Shown: positions 53,367 to 63,754 of the stretch, piece by piece
Layout of the letters: each line of letters starts with the position of its first letter
Position numbering within the stretch: position 1 is the first letter of the stretch
DNA from: Corallococcus coralloides DSM 2259
GTDB lineage: Bacteria; Myxococcota; Myxococcia; Myxococcales; Myxococcaceae
Assembly (NCBI RefSeq): GCF_000255295.1
Contig: NC_017030.1
Coordinates: forward strand, 6,166,328 to 6,230,327
Direction of reading: 5' to 3'
DNA length: 64,000 bases
The notes under the pieces: model-generated
Told to the model about the DNA's origin: nothing
Seen by the model: only the letters and a program-made list of their open reading frames with translations
Databases searched by the model: none
Program-made: the position numbers and the translations under genes

Positions 53367-54377
53367 ATGGCCGCGCCCCTGCCCACGTTCGTCACGCGGC
53401 GCCGGCCGGACTGGGACGCGCTCCAGGCCCTGCTGACGCGCCAGCGCGCGGGCCGCTTGAGCCTGGCGGAGCTGCGCACGCTGGACACGCTGTACCGGCG
53501 CGCGGCCGCGGACCTGGCGCAGGCGCAGACGTTCTATCCGGGCACGGACGCGCACCGCTTCCTCAACCAGCTGTGCGCGCAGGCGTATGGCGCCATCTAC
53601 CAGCCGCCGCGCGAGCGCTGGGCCTCCACGCGCGACTTCTTCCGCCGGGACTTCCCCGCCACCCTGCGCCGCGAGGCGCGCTTCGTGGGCGTGAGCGCGG
53701 GCCTGCTGGTGCTGGGGCTGCTGTTGGGCGCGCTGGTGGTGACGCTGGAGCCGCGCGGCGCGGAGCTGCTGGTGCCGGAGGGCGTGCGGCGCTACGTGGC
53801 ACAGGGACGCATGTGGACGGACGATCTGCTGTCCGTGGCGCCGCCCAATGCAGTGGCCTCCGGCATCGCGACCAACAACCTCACGGTCACGCTGTTCGCG
53901 TTCGCGTCCGGCATCCTGTTGGGCATCGGGCCCATCTTCACGCTCGTGAACAACGGCGTGCTCATTGGGGCCGTGGGAGCGCTGTGCTTCCGCGAGGGCA
54001 TGACGGCGGGCTTCCTGGACTTCATCGCCGCGCACGGACCCGTGGAGCTGTCCATCATCGTCATCGCGGGCGGCGCGGGGCTGATGGTGGGCCAGGCGCT
54101 CATCGACCCGGGTGAGCTGCCGCGCGCGCAGGCGCTCCAGGCGCGCGGGCGTGAAGCCGTGAAGCTGGTGGTGGGCTGCGCGCCCTTCCTCGCCGGCATC
54201 GGCTTCGTGGAGGGCTTCATCTCCCCGGGCCACCTGTTCCCCACCTGGGCCAAGGTGGGGCTGGGCCTGTCACTGGGAGTCCTCTTCTGGTTCTACCTGC
54301 TGCGCGCGGGCAGGACGGACGCGGGCGTGGCGCGCGTGGACGTGCCGGACGCCATGGCCTCCAGCCGCTTGCGCTGA
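53367..54377 (+). CDS. Stage II sporulation protein M-like (SpoIIM/DUF95) membrane protein
   Basis: The topology is multi-TM. The NNLTVTLFAFASGILLGIGPIFTLVNNGVLIGAV motif is characteristic of the SpoIIM family. Confidence 0.6.
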   Translation: MAAPLPTFVTRRRPDWDALQALLTRQRAGRLSLAELRTLDTLYRRAAADLAQAQTFYPGTDAHRFLNQLCAQAYGAIYQPPRERWASTRDFFRRDFPATLRREARFVGVSAGLLVLGLLLGALVVTLEPRGAELLVPEGVRRYVAQGRMWTDDLLSVAPPNAVASGIATNNLTVTLFAFASGILLGIGPIFTLVNNGVLIGAVGALCFREGMTAGFLDFIAAHGPVELSIIVIAGGAGLMVGQALIDPGELPRAQALQARGREAVKLVVGCAPFLAGIGFVEGFISPGHLFPTWAKVGLGLSLGVLFWFYLLRAGRTDAGVARVDVPDAMASSRLR

Positions 54378-54808
54378 CGGTGCTTGAGGATGCGCTCGTA
54401 GGCGTCGTTGACCTCGCGCATCTGCTCCGCGGAGCCGCCCCGGTCCGGGTGCCGCTCCAGGGCCAGCGCGTGGAAGCGCGCGCGAATCACGTCCGGCGTA
54501 TCCAACGGCGACACGCCCAGGGTCTGGTACGGGCACTGCTCCTGGACGGCGGAGAGCCACTTGTCCAGCCGGTCCTTCACCTCCACGAAGCGCGCATCCG
54601 CGTCCGAGGTGTCCTTCACCGGGTGCGTGCGCATCTTCGCGTCCGCGCGGAAGACCTCGCTGTAGGTGCTGGACACCCAGCGGTGGCACGAACCACACCG
54701 GTAGTACTTCACCCGGGTTCCGGGCTGGAGTGTCATCATCACGCCGCAGTGGGTGCACTCCACCGTGACGTTCTCCAGTGTCTGCCAGCTCGCGACCGCC
54801 GCACCCAT
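54293..54808 (-). CDS. J-domain (DnaJ-like) protein with N-terminal zinc ribbon
   Basis: A J domain is present, PYQTLGVSPLDTPDVIRARFHALALERHPDRGG, with the HPD motif. The N-terminus has CTHCG...CGSC. The 3' end overlaps the SpoIIM-like ORF by 85 bp. Confidence 0.6.
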   Translation of the reverse strand: MGAAVASWQTLENVTVECTHCGVMMTLQPGTRVKYYRCGSCHRWVSSTYSEVFRADAKMRTHPVKDTSDADARFVEVKDRLDKWLSAVQEQCPYQTLGVSPLDTPDVIRARFHALALERHPDRGGSAEQMREVNDAYERILKHRQRKRLEAMASGTSTRATPASVLPARSR

Positions 54809-54953
54809 GGTGACTTCGTCCTCCGTTCGCAACACGCCTGTAGCACCGGCAAGCTCCCACAGCCGGCGATCCCGTCAAGAAAATGTCGCGAACGACCCGG
54901 GGGGGTGACCCGGCGCGCTGCCGGGCTTCCCGGGATTCGGGTAGAACGAGCCC

Positions 54954-55475
54954 ATGCGACCGCTCCTCGCCGCCGCCCTGCTCCTGACCGCCGCCGCGCA
55001 CGCCCAGGCCCCGTCGCGCGCCGCCCCCGCCCGGCCCCCGGTGGACACCGGAGCCGCCGGCGCCGCGGACCAGCCCCTGCTGAGGGGCCTGTTGTGGGCC
55101 GCGGAGCCCGCGCCGGAGGAGATCCGCACGCTCGCCATCGAGGACCTGGCGCTGCTGGGCGACCCGCGCGCCCTGGACCCGCTGGCCGCGTTCATCTGGG
55201 ACCCCAACCCGCGCATCCAGCAGGCCGCGTTGCGCGCGGTGGCGCTCTTCCAGCACCGCCGCGCCGAGGAAATCCTGGGCAACGTCGTGCGCCACCCGCG
55301 CCTGCCGGACACGCTGAAGATTCAAGCGCTGGGCGGTCTTCTGTATCAGCGCACCCCTACCGCCCGCCGCGTGGTGCAGGACGTGGCCGCGGACAGCCGC
55401 GTGGGCTACGCGGTGCAGAACGCCGCGCGCTCGGTGGCGTCGCAGTGGGAAGCCGCCCCGGCCGCAGCGCCCTGA
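54954..55475 (+). CDS. Secreted HEAT-repeat protein
   Basis: A signal peptide is present. Repeats fit the LGDPRAL(D)PL...DPNPRIQQAALRAV pattern. Confidence 0.55.
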   Translation: MRPLLAAALLLTAAAHAQAPSRAAPARPPVDTGAAGAADQPLLRGLLWAAEPAPEEIRTLAIEDLALLGDPRALDPLAAFIWDPNPRIQQAALRAVALFQHRRAEEILGNVVRHPRLPDTLKIQALGGLLYQRTPTARRVVQDVAADSRVGYAVQNAARSVASQWEAAPAAAP

Positions 55476-55570
55476 AACACGCCTGCCTGCCTGCTCTCCA
55501 GCCCTGACGCCACCCTGGCCCGCCGGGCCGATTCCTGGAGTGCGCGCGTGTATGGGTTAGACTGGGGCGC

Positions 55571-56098
55571 ATGAAGATCACCCCGCTCGACATCCGGCAG
55601 AAGCGCTTCGAGACGGTGATGCGCGGCTTCGCGCGTCCCGAAGTGGGCGCGTACCTGGAGCTGATCGCCGGCGAGTTCGAGGAGGTGGTGAAGGAGAACA
55701 TCGCGCTCAAGGAGGAGCTGAAGCGCACGCAGGCGCGGCTCGAGCAGCATCAGGAGCGCGAGCGCACCCTCCAGGAGACGATGGTCACCGCCCAGCGCAT
55801 CAGCGAGGACCTGAAGGACGCCGCGAAGAAGGAAGCGGAGATCATCATCGCGGACGCGGAGCACCAGGCGGAGAAGATCGTCCACGGCGCGCACCAGCGG
55901 CTGGTGCAGGTGGTGGAGGACATCAACGAGCTCAAGCGCCAGCGCACCCAGTTCGAGTCGCAGGTGCGCTCCGTGGTGGAGGCCCACCGCAAGCTGCTGG
56001 AGACGTTCGCCGCGCCCACCTTCGCGGACCGCGACTACGCGCGCGTGGAGGACAACGTCGCGTTCCTGTCGCAGAAGAAGGCCACCTCCAACGACTAG
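55571..56098 (+). CDS. divIVA: Cell-division protein DivIVA
   Basis: The N-terminus, MKITPLDIRQKRFETVMRGFARPEV, is followed by a coiled coil. The YggU-family gene sits downstream. Confidence 0.8.
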   Translation: MKITPLDIRQKRFETVMRGFARPEVGAYLELIAGEFEEVVKENIALKEELKRTQARLEQHQERERTLQETMVTAQRISEDLKDAAKKEAEIIIADAEHQAEKIVHGAHQRLVQVVEDINELKRQRTQFESQVRSVVEAHRKLLETFAAPTFADRDYARVEDNVAFLSQKKATSND

Positions 56099-56107
56099 CA
56101 CCCGCGC

Positions 56108-56407
56108 ATGCCCGCTCCCTGGCTCAAGGCCGTGCAGACAGGGGTGGAGCTGACGGTGCTCGTCCAGCCGCGCGCGTCCCGCACCAAGGTGGTGGGCGAG
56201 CATGACGGCCAGCTGAAGATCCAACTCGCCGCGCCGCCCGTGGATGGCGAAGCGAATGCGGCCCTGGTGGAATTCATCGCCAAAACGCTGGGCGTGCCGC
56301 GTCGCCAGGTGACACTCGTGGCGGGTGACACGTCGCGCCGTAAGCGATTGAGGGTGGAAGGGGTTGATGCGGCGGCGGCCGAGGCTGTTATCTCTGGTGG
56401 ACCGTGA
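56108..56407 (+). CDS. DUF167/YggU-family protein
   Basis: Matches are [38 protein letters not shown], and [13 protein letters not shown]. Confidence 0.75.
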   Translation: MPAPWLKAVQTGVELTVLVQPRASRTKVVGEHDGQLKIQLAAPPVDGEANAALVEFIAKTLGVPRRQVTLVAGDTSRRKRLRVEGVDAAAAEAVISGGP

Positions 56408-57705
56408 GGCCACGCATGCTCCGCCTGTTCGCCTTCCTGATGATGCTGCTGGCCTCGCCGGGCGTGTTCGCGCAGGAGGCAGGTCCGCGGGGCATCCACG
56501 CCACGGAGGCCGTCGTCACGGACACCGCGCTCGTGCCCCACGCCCGCCCGGCCATCGTCGCGGGGGAGCTGAAGACGCAGCGCTTCGTCATCCTGCACAC
56601 CGCGAAGGCGGCGGGCGCGGCCCGGGCCCTGGCCGGGCAGATTGAAGGCGTGCGGGACGCCTTCGGCGCGATGCTCGGGCGCGACTGGCCGGGCACCACC
56701 GAAATCCGCCTGGGCGTGGGCCGCCAGGAGTTCGAGGCGCTGGCGCTCCCCGGTGGCAAGCCTCCGGGCTGGGCCGTGGCGCTCGCCTACCCCGGGCATC
56801 AGATCATCCTGCTAGACGCGCTCAGCCTGAGCGACTCCGAAGGGCCCACCACGCTGCGGCACGAGCTGGCGCACGTGGCGCTGGGCCAGCTGGCGAGGGA
56901 CTGGCCGCGCTGGTTCCAGGAAGGCGTGGCGCAGAACCTCACCGACGAGCGCTACTCCGTCGCCCACTACGGTGCCCTCTTCCGCGCGGTGACGCAGGAG
57001 CGCGTCTTCCACTTCGAGGACCTTGCCGACGACTGGCCGGACGTGCCCGCGGACGTCGAAATCGCCTACGCGCAGAGCGCCGCCTTCGTGGCCTTCCTCA
57101 CCGGCAAGCACGGCTCGCACGCCATGGGCCTGCTGGTGGACGGCGTGCGCGCGGGTGAGCCGTTCGAACAGGCCTTCGGCAAGGCCTTCCGCACGTCGCT
57201 GCTGCTGGAGGAGCAGGACTGGCGCGAGGGGCTTGCGGCCCGCTACGGCTGGCTGCCGCTCACCACCAGCTCCGCGCTCCTGTGGCTCACCGCCTCCGTG
57301 CTGTGCGTGGCCGCCTTCGTGCGCCGCATGCGCCAGAAGGCCGCGCGGATGACGGAGCTGGCCGCGGAGGACGCCGCCGAGGACGCCGCGCTGCGCCTGC
57401 TCGCCGCCGCCCGCGCCGCGGGGCCCGTCCCCGTGGACGGCTCGGAGCCGCTGTCCCCTGCCCTCCCCTGGCCGGAATGGCCGGGCGCCACCACGCCCGT
57501 GGCCCCACCCAATCCGTCCGCTCCCAGCCAGCCGGAGGCCCTGGAGGGTGCGCCGGAAGCGCTGGAGTCGGGCACGGGCCATCCGGAAGGCCCGGACGGT
57601 TCGGACCTGGACATGGACGACGAGGAGCCGGAGTCCGCCAGCGGCGAGTACGAGCTGGACGGCGAGGCCCCGTCGGGCCGCCCGCCCAAGCCGACGCTCC
57701 ACTGA
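56404..57705 (+). CDS. Secreted/membrane peptidase-MA-like (HExxH) domain protein with acidic C-terminal tail
   Basis: A signal peptide is present. The [12 protein letters not shown]...FQEGVAQ region is HExxH...E-like. A late TM helix follows, [15 protein letters not shown], and the C-terminus is Asp/Glu/Pro-rich. Confidence 0.55.
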   Translation: MRPRMLRLFAFLMMLLASPGVFAQEAGPRGIHATEAVVTDTALVPHARPAIVAGELKTQRFVILHTAKAAGAARALAGQIEGVRDAFGAMLGRDWPGTTEIRLGVGRQEFEALALPGGKPPGWAVALAYPGHQIILLDALSLSDSEGPTTLRHELAHVALGQLARDWPRWFQEGVAQNLTDERYSVAHYGALFRAVTQERVFHFEDLADDWPDVPADVEIAYAQSAAFVAFLTGKHGSHAMGLLVDGVRAGEPFEQAFGKAFRTSLLLEEQDWREGLAARYGWLPLTTSSALLWLTASVLCVAAFVRRMRQKAARMTELAAEDAAEDAALRLLAAARAAGPVPVDGSEPLSPALPWPEWPGATTPVAPPNPSAPSQPEALEGAPEALESGTGHPEGPDGSDLDMDDEEPESASGEYELDGEAPSGRPPKPTLH

Positions 57706-57887
57706 GAGGCGCGGCGTGCCCAGGCAGGGAAGGTTCTTCCCCTGCTCCCCGCCTTTCAACATCCGCCCCGTAGGATTTACGTCCTCCGGCCGCCCTTCAG
57801 GGCACCCTCATTGCCCAAGTAGGCGGATTCATTGGGGACCAGCAACCGTCTGGCGTTGGCAAAGCCCTTGCTAAGCCTTCGTTCGCG

Positions 57888-58430
57888 ATGCGGACGACAA
57901 CGGACATGGCGGCGGAGCGGGGACGGAAGAAGGCCGGGGCGGCCCGGGTCTTCAGCAAGCAGCCGGAGCGCATCGCGGCCCTGTGGCGGCGGATGCGGCT
58001 GGCGGCGCACGAGGGCCAGGGCGTTCCGGGCCCCAGCCTGCTGGACGGACTGGTGGAGCCCTTCGTCCGGGAGCTGGGGCTGACGCTGGAGGGCGTGGAG
58101 ACCAGTCCCTGGAGCCGCACCCGCGCGGTGCTGCGCCTGGCGCCGGAGCGTGGCGCGCGGGCCCTGCACGACGAGTTCGCACTGCTGCGGCGGTGCCTGG
58201 TGGACGCCCTGGAAGTGCTGGGCGGTGGAGACACGGAGCGCCAGCGCATCAACCGCGCGATTGACGAGGCCGTGGACAGCGCGGTGGCGCTGCTCCAGCG
58301 GATGGCGGACCCGAAGGCGGATGGGCCCCGGGTGCCGTTCGGCGGTCTGGTGGTGGAGTACTTCGAGCGGCCGTCCCACGCGCGCCGGGCCCCCATGGGC
58401 CGCCGCGACGAGCGGTCCGCCATGCACTGA
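57888..58430 (+). CDS. Hypothetical protein
   Basis: It is a 180-aa ORF. I did not recognise a domain. Confidence 0.35.
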   Translation: MRTTTDMAAERGRKKAGAARVFSKQPERIAALWRRMRLAAHEGQGVPGPSLLDGLVEPFVRELGLTLEGVETSPWSRTRAVLRLAPERGARALHDEFALLRRCLVDALEVLGGGDTERQRINRAIDEAVDSAVALLQRMADPKADGPRVPFGGLVVEYFERPSHARRAPMGRRDERSAMH

Positions 58431-58716
58431 GTTTGAACAGGGATTCGACGGCGCGCGGGAGGCGCCAGGGTTTTGTTGCAAGGGTTTGCCGATCCGTCCG
58501 GCTTGACACTCCTCACTGAGGAAGGGTCCGGGGGCTGGCGGGAGGGAGCGCTGTCATGGATGGGGGTCCGTGACGCGCCTTGAGGGTGCGTGTTCCCGCT
58601 CGGGGGAGCGGTGAGCCGCACACAGTCGAACGCCGGAACGCGTGGATGGGGGTCCGCGCGCTCCGCCGGTCGGACGGATCGGCATGTTTTGTCGGGGGGA
58701 TTGGGGATGGGGCAGC

Positions 58717-58758
58717 GGGAGGGCGCCTACGGGGGTGGGCGCTCTCCCGCATTTTTTT
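58717..58758 (+). terminator. Rho-independent terminator (11-bp GC stem with one G-U, 9-nt loop, T7 tail)
   Basis: The sequence is GGGAGGGCGCC-tacgggggt-GGCGCTCTCCC-gca-TTTTTTT. The T-run is on the + strand, about 5 bp before the polA stop on the opposite strand. Confidence 0.65.
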
Positions 58759-58762
58759 GTGC

Positions 58763-61468
58763 TCAGTGCGCGTCCGCCCAGCTCTTCCCCGCGCCCACGT
58801 CCACCTTGAGCGGCACCTTCAGCTCGGCGACGGAGGCCATGCTCTTCACGGCCAGGGCCTTCACGGCTTCCACTTCCGCGTCCGGCGCCTCGAAGAGCAG
58901 TTCGTCGTGCACCTGGAGGAGCACGCGCGTCTTCAGCTTCTGCTCGCGGAGCGCGGCGTCCACGGCCAGCATGGCCTTCTTCATCAGGTCCGCGGCGGTG
59001 CCCTGGATGGGCATGTTGATGGCGGCGCGCTCCGCGGCCTGGGCCACCGCCCGGTTCTTGGAGAGCAGGTCCCCCATCAGGCGGCGGCGGCCGTAGAGCG
59101 TCTCCACGTAGCCCACCTTGCGCGCCTTCTCCACGGTGTCCTCCAGGTACTGGCGGATGCCCGCGTACCGGATGAAGTACCGCTCGATGACGTCGCGCGC
59201 GTTCTCCTGGGAGATGCCCAGGCGCGTGGACAGGCCGTGCGCGGACAGGCCGTACGCGATGCCGAAGTTCACCATCTTCGCCACGCGGCGCTGCTCGCGG
59301 TCCACGTCCTTCGGGTCCACGCCGAAGACTTCCGCCGCCGTGCGGCTGTGGATGTCCTCGTCGTTGCGGAAGGCGTCGATGAGGACCGGGTCCTCCGCGA
59401 TGTGCGCCAGGAGCCGCAATTCAATCTGCGAGTAGTCCGCGCTCACCAGCTGGTGCCCCGCGTCCGCCACGAAGGCGCGGCGGATTTCGCGCCCCAGCTC
59501 CGTGCGGACGGGGATGTTCTGCAGGTTCGGGTCGGACGAGGACAGCCGGCCCGTGGCGGTGGCCGCCTGGTGGTACGTGGTGTGGATGCGCCCGTCCTTC
59601 GCCACCAGCGTGGGCAGCGTGTCCAGGTAGGTGCTCTTGAGCTTGGACAGGCCCCGGTACTCGATGAGCGCGCGCGCGAGCACGCTGTTGTGCTCCTCCG
59701 CCAGCTTCTCCAGCACCTCCTGGTCCGTGGACGGGCCCGTCTTGCCGCGCTTGAGGATGGGCAGCTTCTGCTCCTCGTAGAGCACCTGCGCCAGCTGCGG
59801 GTTGGAGCCCAGGTTGAAGACGTGGCCCGCGGCCTGGTGGCACTCGGCCTCCTTCGCCTTCACCTCCACGTCCACGCGTTCGGAGGTGCGGCCCAGCTCC
59901 GCCACGTCCAGCTTCACGCCCTCTCGCTCCATGCGCGCGAGCACGGGCAACAGCGGCAGCTCCAGCGTGCGGGCCAGCTCCGCGAGCCCGCCCAGCTCCA
60001 GCTCCTTCCACAGCTCCGGCGCCATCCTGCGCGCCGCGTCCGCGCGCACCGCGTACGCCGCGGCCACCTCTTCCGGCCCGTGGTCCGCCAGCGGCCGCCC
60101 CTTCTTGCCGCCCACGGACGCGGGCAGCGCGGGCAGCTCCGAGCGCAGCCGCTCCCGCGCCAGGTCCTCCAGCGCGTGCTCCCGGCGCGACGGGTTGAGC
60201 AGGTAGCTGAGCAGCTCCACGTCGTCGTGCGCGCCCTCCAGCGTCAACCCTTCGTTGGCCAGCACCAGCGTGAGCGCCTTGAGGTCGTGTCCGCCCTTCT
60301 TCACCGCCGCGTCCGCGATGACGTCCTTCATCACCGCGGTGAAGGCCGCCACCGGCACCTGCGTGGCGCCCAGCTGCTGGTGCCTCAGCGGCACGTAGCG
60401 CGTGGAGCCGTCCGGCAGCGCCACGCCCAGGCCCACCAGCGGCGCCGCGAAGGGCATGCCCTCGAAGGCGGGCACCAGGGTGAGGGCCCCCGAGGCCTTC
60501 GCCGCGTCCGCCAGCGCCTTCAGCTCCGCCTCGGTGGTGACGAGCGAGGTGGTGGTCACGAGCGGCGCCACGTCCGGCCGGGCCGGGGCCTCCTCCGCGG
60601 GCAGGTCGCGCAGGAGCGCGAAGAACTCCAGCTCCGTGAACAAATCCCTCGCGCGCGTGGCGTCCGGAGCGCGGCGGATCAGGTCGTCCAGCTTCACGCC
60701 CAGGGGCAGCCCGGTGTTGAAGGTGACGAGCTGCTTGGCGCGCGTCAGGCTCTCGCGGTGGGACTCCAGCGCCGCGCGGATCTTCGGCTTCTTCACTTCC
60801 TCCACGCGCGCGAGCAGCGTCTCCACGTCGCCGAACTGGTGGAGCAGCTCCACCGCCGTCTTGTCGCCCACGCCGGGCACCTTGGCGACGTTGTCCACCG
60901 CGTCGCCCACCAGGGCCAGGAAGTCGCGCACCTGCCCGGGCAGGATGCCCATCTTCTCCTGCACGTCCGCGATGCCCATGCGCTTGTTCTTCGCGGGGTC
61001 GAAGAGGGTGATGTCCTCGTCGACGATCTGCATGAAGTCCTTGTCGCTGGTGACGACCAGGACCTGGAAGCCCTCCGCCTTGGCCTGCATCGCCAGCGTG
61101 CCGATGACGTCATCCGCCTCCCAGCCCTCCGCGTCCAGCGAGGGCAGGTTCAGCACGTCCCCCACCTTGCGGATGAGCGGGAACTGGGGCGTCAGGTCCT
61201 CCGGCGGGGCCTTGCGGTTCGCCTTGTACGTGGGGTCGATCTTCTGACGCTCCACGCGGCCGGACTTGTCGAACGCCAGCGCCACGTGCGTGGGCTTCAG
61301 CTCCTGCAGGGCCTTGAGCACCATGCGGGTGAAGCCCAGCACCGCGTTGGTCGGCACCCCCTTGCTCGTCGTGAGCGGGGGGATGGCGTGGTAGGCGCGG
61401 AAGATGAAGCCAGAGGCGTCGAAGAGCGCCAGGCGGCGCTCGGAGCGCGGGGGGCTGGTGTCGGCCAT
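58763..61468 (-). CDS. polA: DNA polymerase I
   Basis: It is 901 aa. The N-terminus, LFDASGFIFRAYHA, is the 5'-3' exonuclease. The central region is a 3'-5' exo-like domain. The C-terminal family A polymerase motifs are DYSQIELRLLAH, KMVNFGIAYG, and LQVHDELLFE. Confidence 0.95.
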   Translation of the reverse strand: MADTSPPRSERRLALFDASGFIFRAYHAIPPLTTSKGVPTNAVLGFTRMVLKALQELKPTHVALAFDKSGRVERQKIDPTYKANRKAPPEDLTPQFPLIRKVGDVLNLPSLDAEGWEADDVIGTLAMQAKAEGFQVLVVTSDKDFMQIVDEDITLFDPAKNKRMGIADVQEKMGILPGQVRDFLALVGDAVDNVAKVPGVGDKTAVELLHQFGDVETLLARVEEVKKPKIRAALESHRESLTRAKQLVTFNTGLPLGVKLDDLIRRAPDATRARDLFTELEFFALLRDLPAEEAPARPDVAPLVTTTSLVTTEAELKALADAAKASGALTLVPAFEGMPFAAPLVGLGVALPDGSTRYVPLRHQQLGATQVPVAAFTAVMKDVIADAAVKKGGHDLKALTLVLANEGLTLEGAHDDVELLSYLLNPSRREHALEDLARERLRSELPALPASVGGKKGRPLADHGPEEVAAAYAVRADAARRMAPELWKELELGGLAELARTLELPLLPVLARMEREGVKLDVAELGRTSERVDVEVKAKEAECHQAAGHVFNLGSNPQLAQVLYEEQKLPILKRGKTGPSTDQEVLEKLAEEHNSVLARALIEYRGLSKLKSTYLDTLPTLVAKDGRIHTTYHQAATATGRLSSSDPNLQNIPVRTELGREIRRAFVADAGHQLVSADYSQIELRLLAHIAEDPVLIDAFRNDEDIHSRTAAEVFGVDPKDVDREQRRVAKMVNFGIAYGLSAHGLSTRLGISQENARDVIERYFIRYAGIRQYLEDTVEKARKVGYVETLYGRRRLMGDLLSKNRAVAQAAERAAINMPIQGTAADLMKKAMLAVDAALREQKLKTRVLLQVHDELLFEAPDAEVEAVKALAVKSMASVAELKVPLKVDVGAGKSWADAH

Positions 61469-61527
61469 CCCCCGTCCCTAGCGCGCCTACCGCTGTCTGT
61501 CCACGAAGCCCCGCACCAGAGCGCCGC

Positions 61528-63747
61528 TCAGCGGCACTTCATCTCGGCCTTCTTCGCGGCCATCTGCTCGGCGATGCCGTCACCCGGCACGGCGTAGTCC
61601 TCCACCGCCTGGAAGTCCGAGCAGCCGCCCACGGCGTTCAACGCGTTCTGCGCCTGCGTGGAGCAGAAGGCCACCACGCGGTTCAGGTTCGTGTTGCCCT
61701 TGTAGAAGTCGAAGCCCATCTTCCAGATGCGGCAGCCGCGGCGGCGATCCTCGCGGTCGGCGAAGTGCTTGCCACGCTGGTAGGCGGCGGTCGCCAGGTC
61801 CTGGAACATGTTCTTCCGGTAGAAGGACAGGTGCGACTCCGCCAGCTCCGCCATGATGCGCTTGTCCGTCGCCAGCGCTTCCTTGAACGGCGCCACCGCG
61901 CGCTCGGGGTCGTCGTTGGTGATCAAGCTCTGGCCCGTCTTGAAGAGCTGATCCACGTTGGACACGTCGCGGATGAGGTCGTCCGCCAGCTGGTGGAACT
62001 GCGCCTGGTCTTCCTTCGAGCGCAGCTTCTGCAGCGTCGCCATCGCCTCGCTGCCGCGGCCGGTCCAGTAGTCCATCATCGCCGCCTGGACGAGCTTCGG
62101 GGCGTAGCGCTTGGAGAACATGGCGCGCACCTCGCTGGCCTGATCCACGCCCAGCCCGTCCTCCTGGAGGATGTCCGAGACCGGGCACGTCCACGGCGCG
62201 GCGTCGCGCTCCACGCGCTTCCGGGCCACCAGGAACTTCACGAACATGGCGTCCTTGGGGCGCCACTCGTTCTTGCGCAGGCCGCCCTCCAGGCGGAGCG
62301 TCTGACCGATGGGCGGCTCCAGGTCCTCCTTGCTCTGCTTCTGGCACCACACTTCCATGTACTGCTGGCAGCGCTGGACCGCAGGGCCCCACTGCGAGTT
62401 GTTGAGGTAGCGATTGCAGTCGAACTTCGCGCGCTCCACGAACTGCTCGGCCGTCTCCTTCGCCTTGGAGCGGGCGCGGCGGAAGTACTCGCTCTCCTTC
62501 GGAATCTTGCGCAGGTACTCCAGGGCGTCCTTCTCGCGGTTGAGCTCGATGGACTTCTTCGCCGCCTCGAAGTTGTCGAAGGCCTCCTTCTCCAGCTTGA
62601 TGCGCCGCACGAGGGTGTTCGCCTCGGCGTTGATGGGGTCCATGTCCAGCGCCTGCTCGCACGCCTTTTCGGCGCGGCCCCAGTCGGGAGCCCCCGTCTC
62701 ATTGGAGGAGTAGGAGCGGCACTCGCTGAGGAACTCCTGCACCTGCTGCGCGGGATCCATCGGCGCGGCGGGCCCCGTCTTCTGAGCCTTCTGCGGCGCC
62801 CCGACGGAGGACTTCACCACCGCCGCCACTGCCAGCAGCGCGACCACGCCGCCCGCGATCACCAGCAGCTTGCGCTTCTTGTCCGCCTCGGGCGCTGCCC
62901 TGCCCCCACGACGGGGCGGCGCCGCGCCCGTGCCCGGACGGCGCGCGGGCGTGTCGGAGGCCTCGAAGGTCATCTCCACCACGCCGAACTGGAGGACGTC
63001 CCCGGGCTGCAGGTCGACGAACTCCTCGCCCAGCAATTCGCCGTTGAGCAGGGTGCCGTTGGCGCTGCCCAGGTCGCGCGCGAGCACGCCGGTGCCCTCG
63101 CGCTTCACCTCCGCGTGCTTCCGGCTCACGGAGTCGTCATCCAGGACGACCGCCGCCGGAGGCGCCCGGCCCACCAGCAACGTGCCGTTGATGGGATAGG
63201 ACTTGCCCGCCCACGGCCCCGTCATGCCCTTGAGCATCGGACCCGAAGTCGCGCCCGCCGCCGCGTCACCCGCCCCCGCCCGCGAGGGCGTGGCACGTGC
63301 GGGCCGCTTCGCCAGCGCGCCCTCGGGCTTCGCGGCCCCGTTCTGCGTGGCCTTGGCGCGGATGCTGGGCATGGCGCGCGTGCCCTTCACGGGCGCGTCG
63401 GAGAGCGTCGCGGGATCGCCGGGCGGAGGCGTCGCCGCGCGGCGGCCGCTGGTGCTCCGGGCACTGCCCTTGAGCTTCAGCTCGTAGTCGCCCAGCAGCA
63501 CCTGCGAGGCCGGCGTCAGCGCCGTGGGCCCCTCGATGCGCTCGCCGTCCACGAAGGTGCCGTTCTGGCTGCCTCCGTCCTCCACGTAGACGGTGCCGCC
63601 CTCCACGTAGACGCGCGCGTGCTGCCGCGACACGCCGCCTTCCGTGAGGACCAGGTCATTGCCCTGCTGGCGGCCGATCTTCAGCTCGCCCGCGATCTCG
63701 TGCTCGTGCTCAGTGCCGTCAGGGTGACGGACGACCAGGGTAGGCAT
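61528..63747 (-). CDS. FHA-domain protein (two FHA domains, TM segment, TPR-like C-terminal region)
   Basis: The first FHA domain matches IGRQQGNDLVL...VSRQHARV...DGGSQNGTFVDGERI. The second matches VGRAPPAAVVLDDDSVSRKHAEV...DLGSANGTLLNGE. There is a TM helix, LLVIAGGVVALLAVAAVV. Confidence 0.8.
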   Translation of the reverse strand: MPTLVVRHPDGTEHEHEIAGELKIGRQQGNDLVLTEGGVSRQHARVYVEGGTVYVEDGGSQNGTFVDGERIEGPTALTPASQVLLGDYELKLKGSARSTSGRRAATPPPGDPATLSDAPVKGTRAMPSIRAKATQNGAAKPEGALAKRPARATPSRAGAGDAAAGATSGPMLKGMTGPWAGKSYPINGTLLVGRAPPAAVVLDDDSVSRKHAEVKREGTGVLARDLGSANGTLLNGELLGEEFVDLQPGDVLQFGVVEMTFEASDTPARRPGTGAAPPRRGGRAAPEADKKRKLLVIAGGVVALLAVAAVVKSSVGAPQKAQKTGPAAPMDPAQQVQEFLSECRSYSSNETGAPDWGRAEKACEQALDMDPINAEANTLVRRIKLEKEAFDNFEAAKKSIELNREKDALEYLRKIPKESEYFRRARSKAKETAEQFVERAKFDCNRYLNNSQWGPAVQRCQQYMEVWCQKQSKEDLEPPIGQTLRLEGGLRKNEWRPKDAMFVKFLVARKRVERDAAPWTCPVSDILQEDGLGVDQASEVRAMFSKRYAPKLVQAAMMDYWTGRGSEAMATLQKLRSKEDQAQFHQLADDLIRDVSNVDQLFKTGQSLITNDDPERAVAPFKEALATDKRIMAELAESHLSFYRKNMFQDLATAAYQRGKHFADREDRRRGCRIWKMGFDFYKGNTNLNRVVAFCSTQAQNALNAVGGCSDFQAVEDYAVPGDGIAEQMAAKKAEMKCR

Positions 63748-63754
63748 GGGCGCG

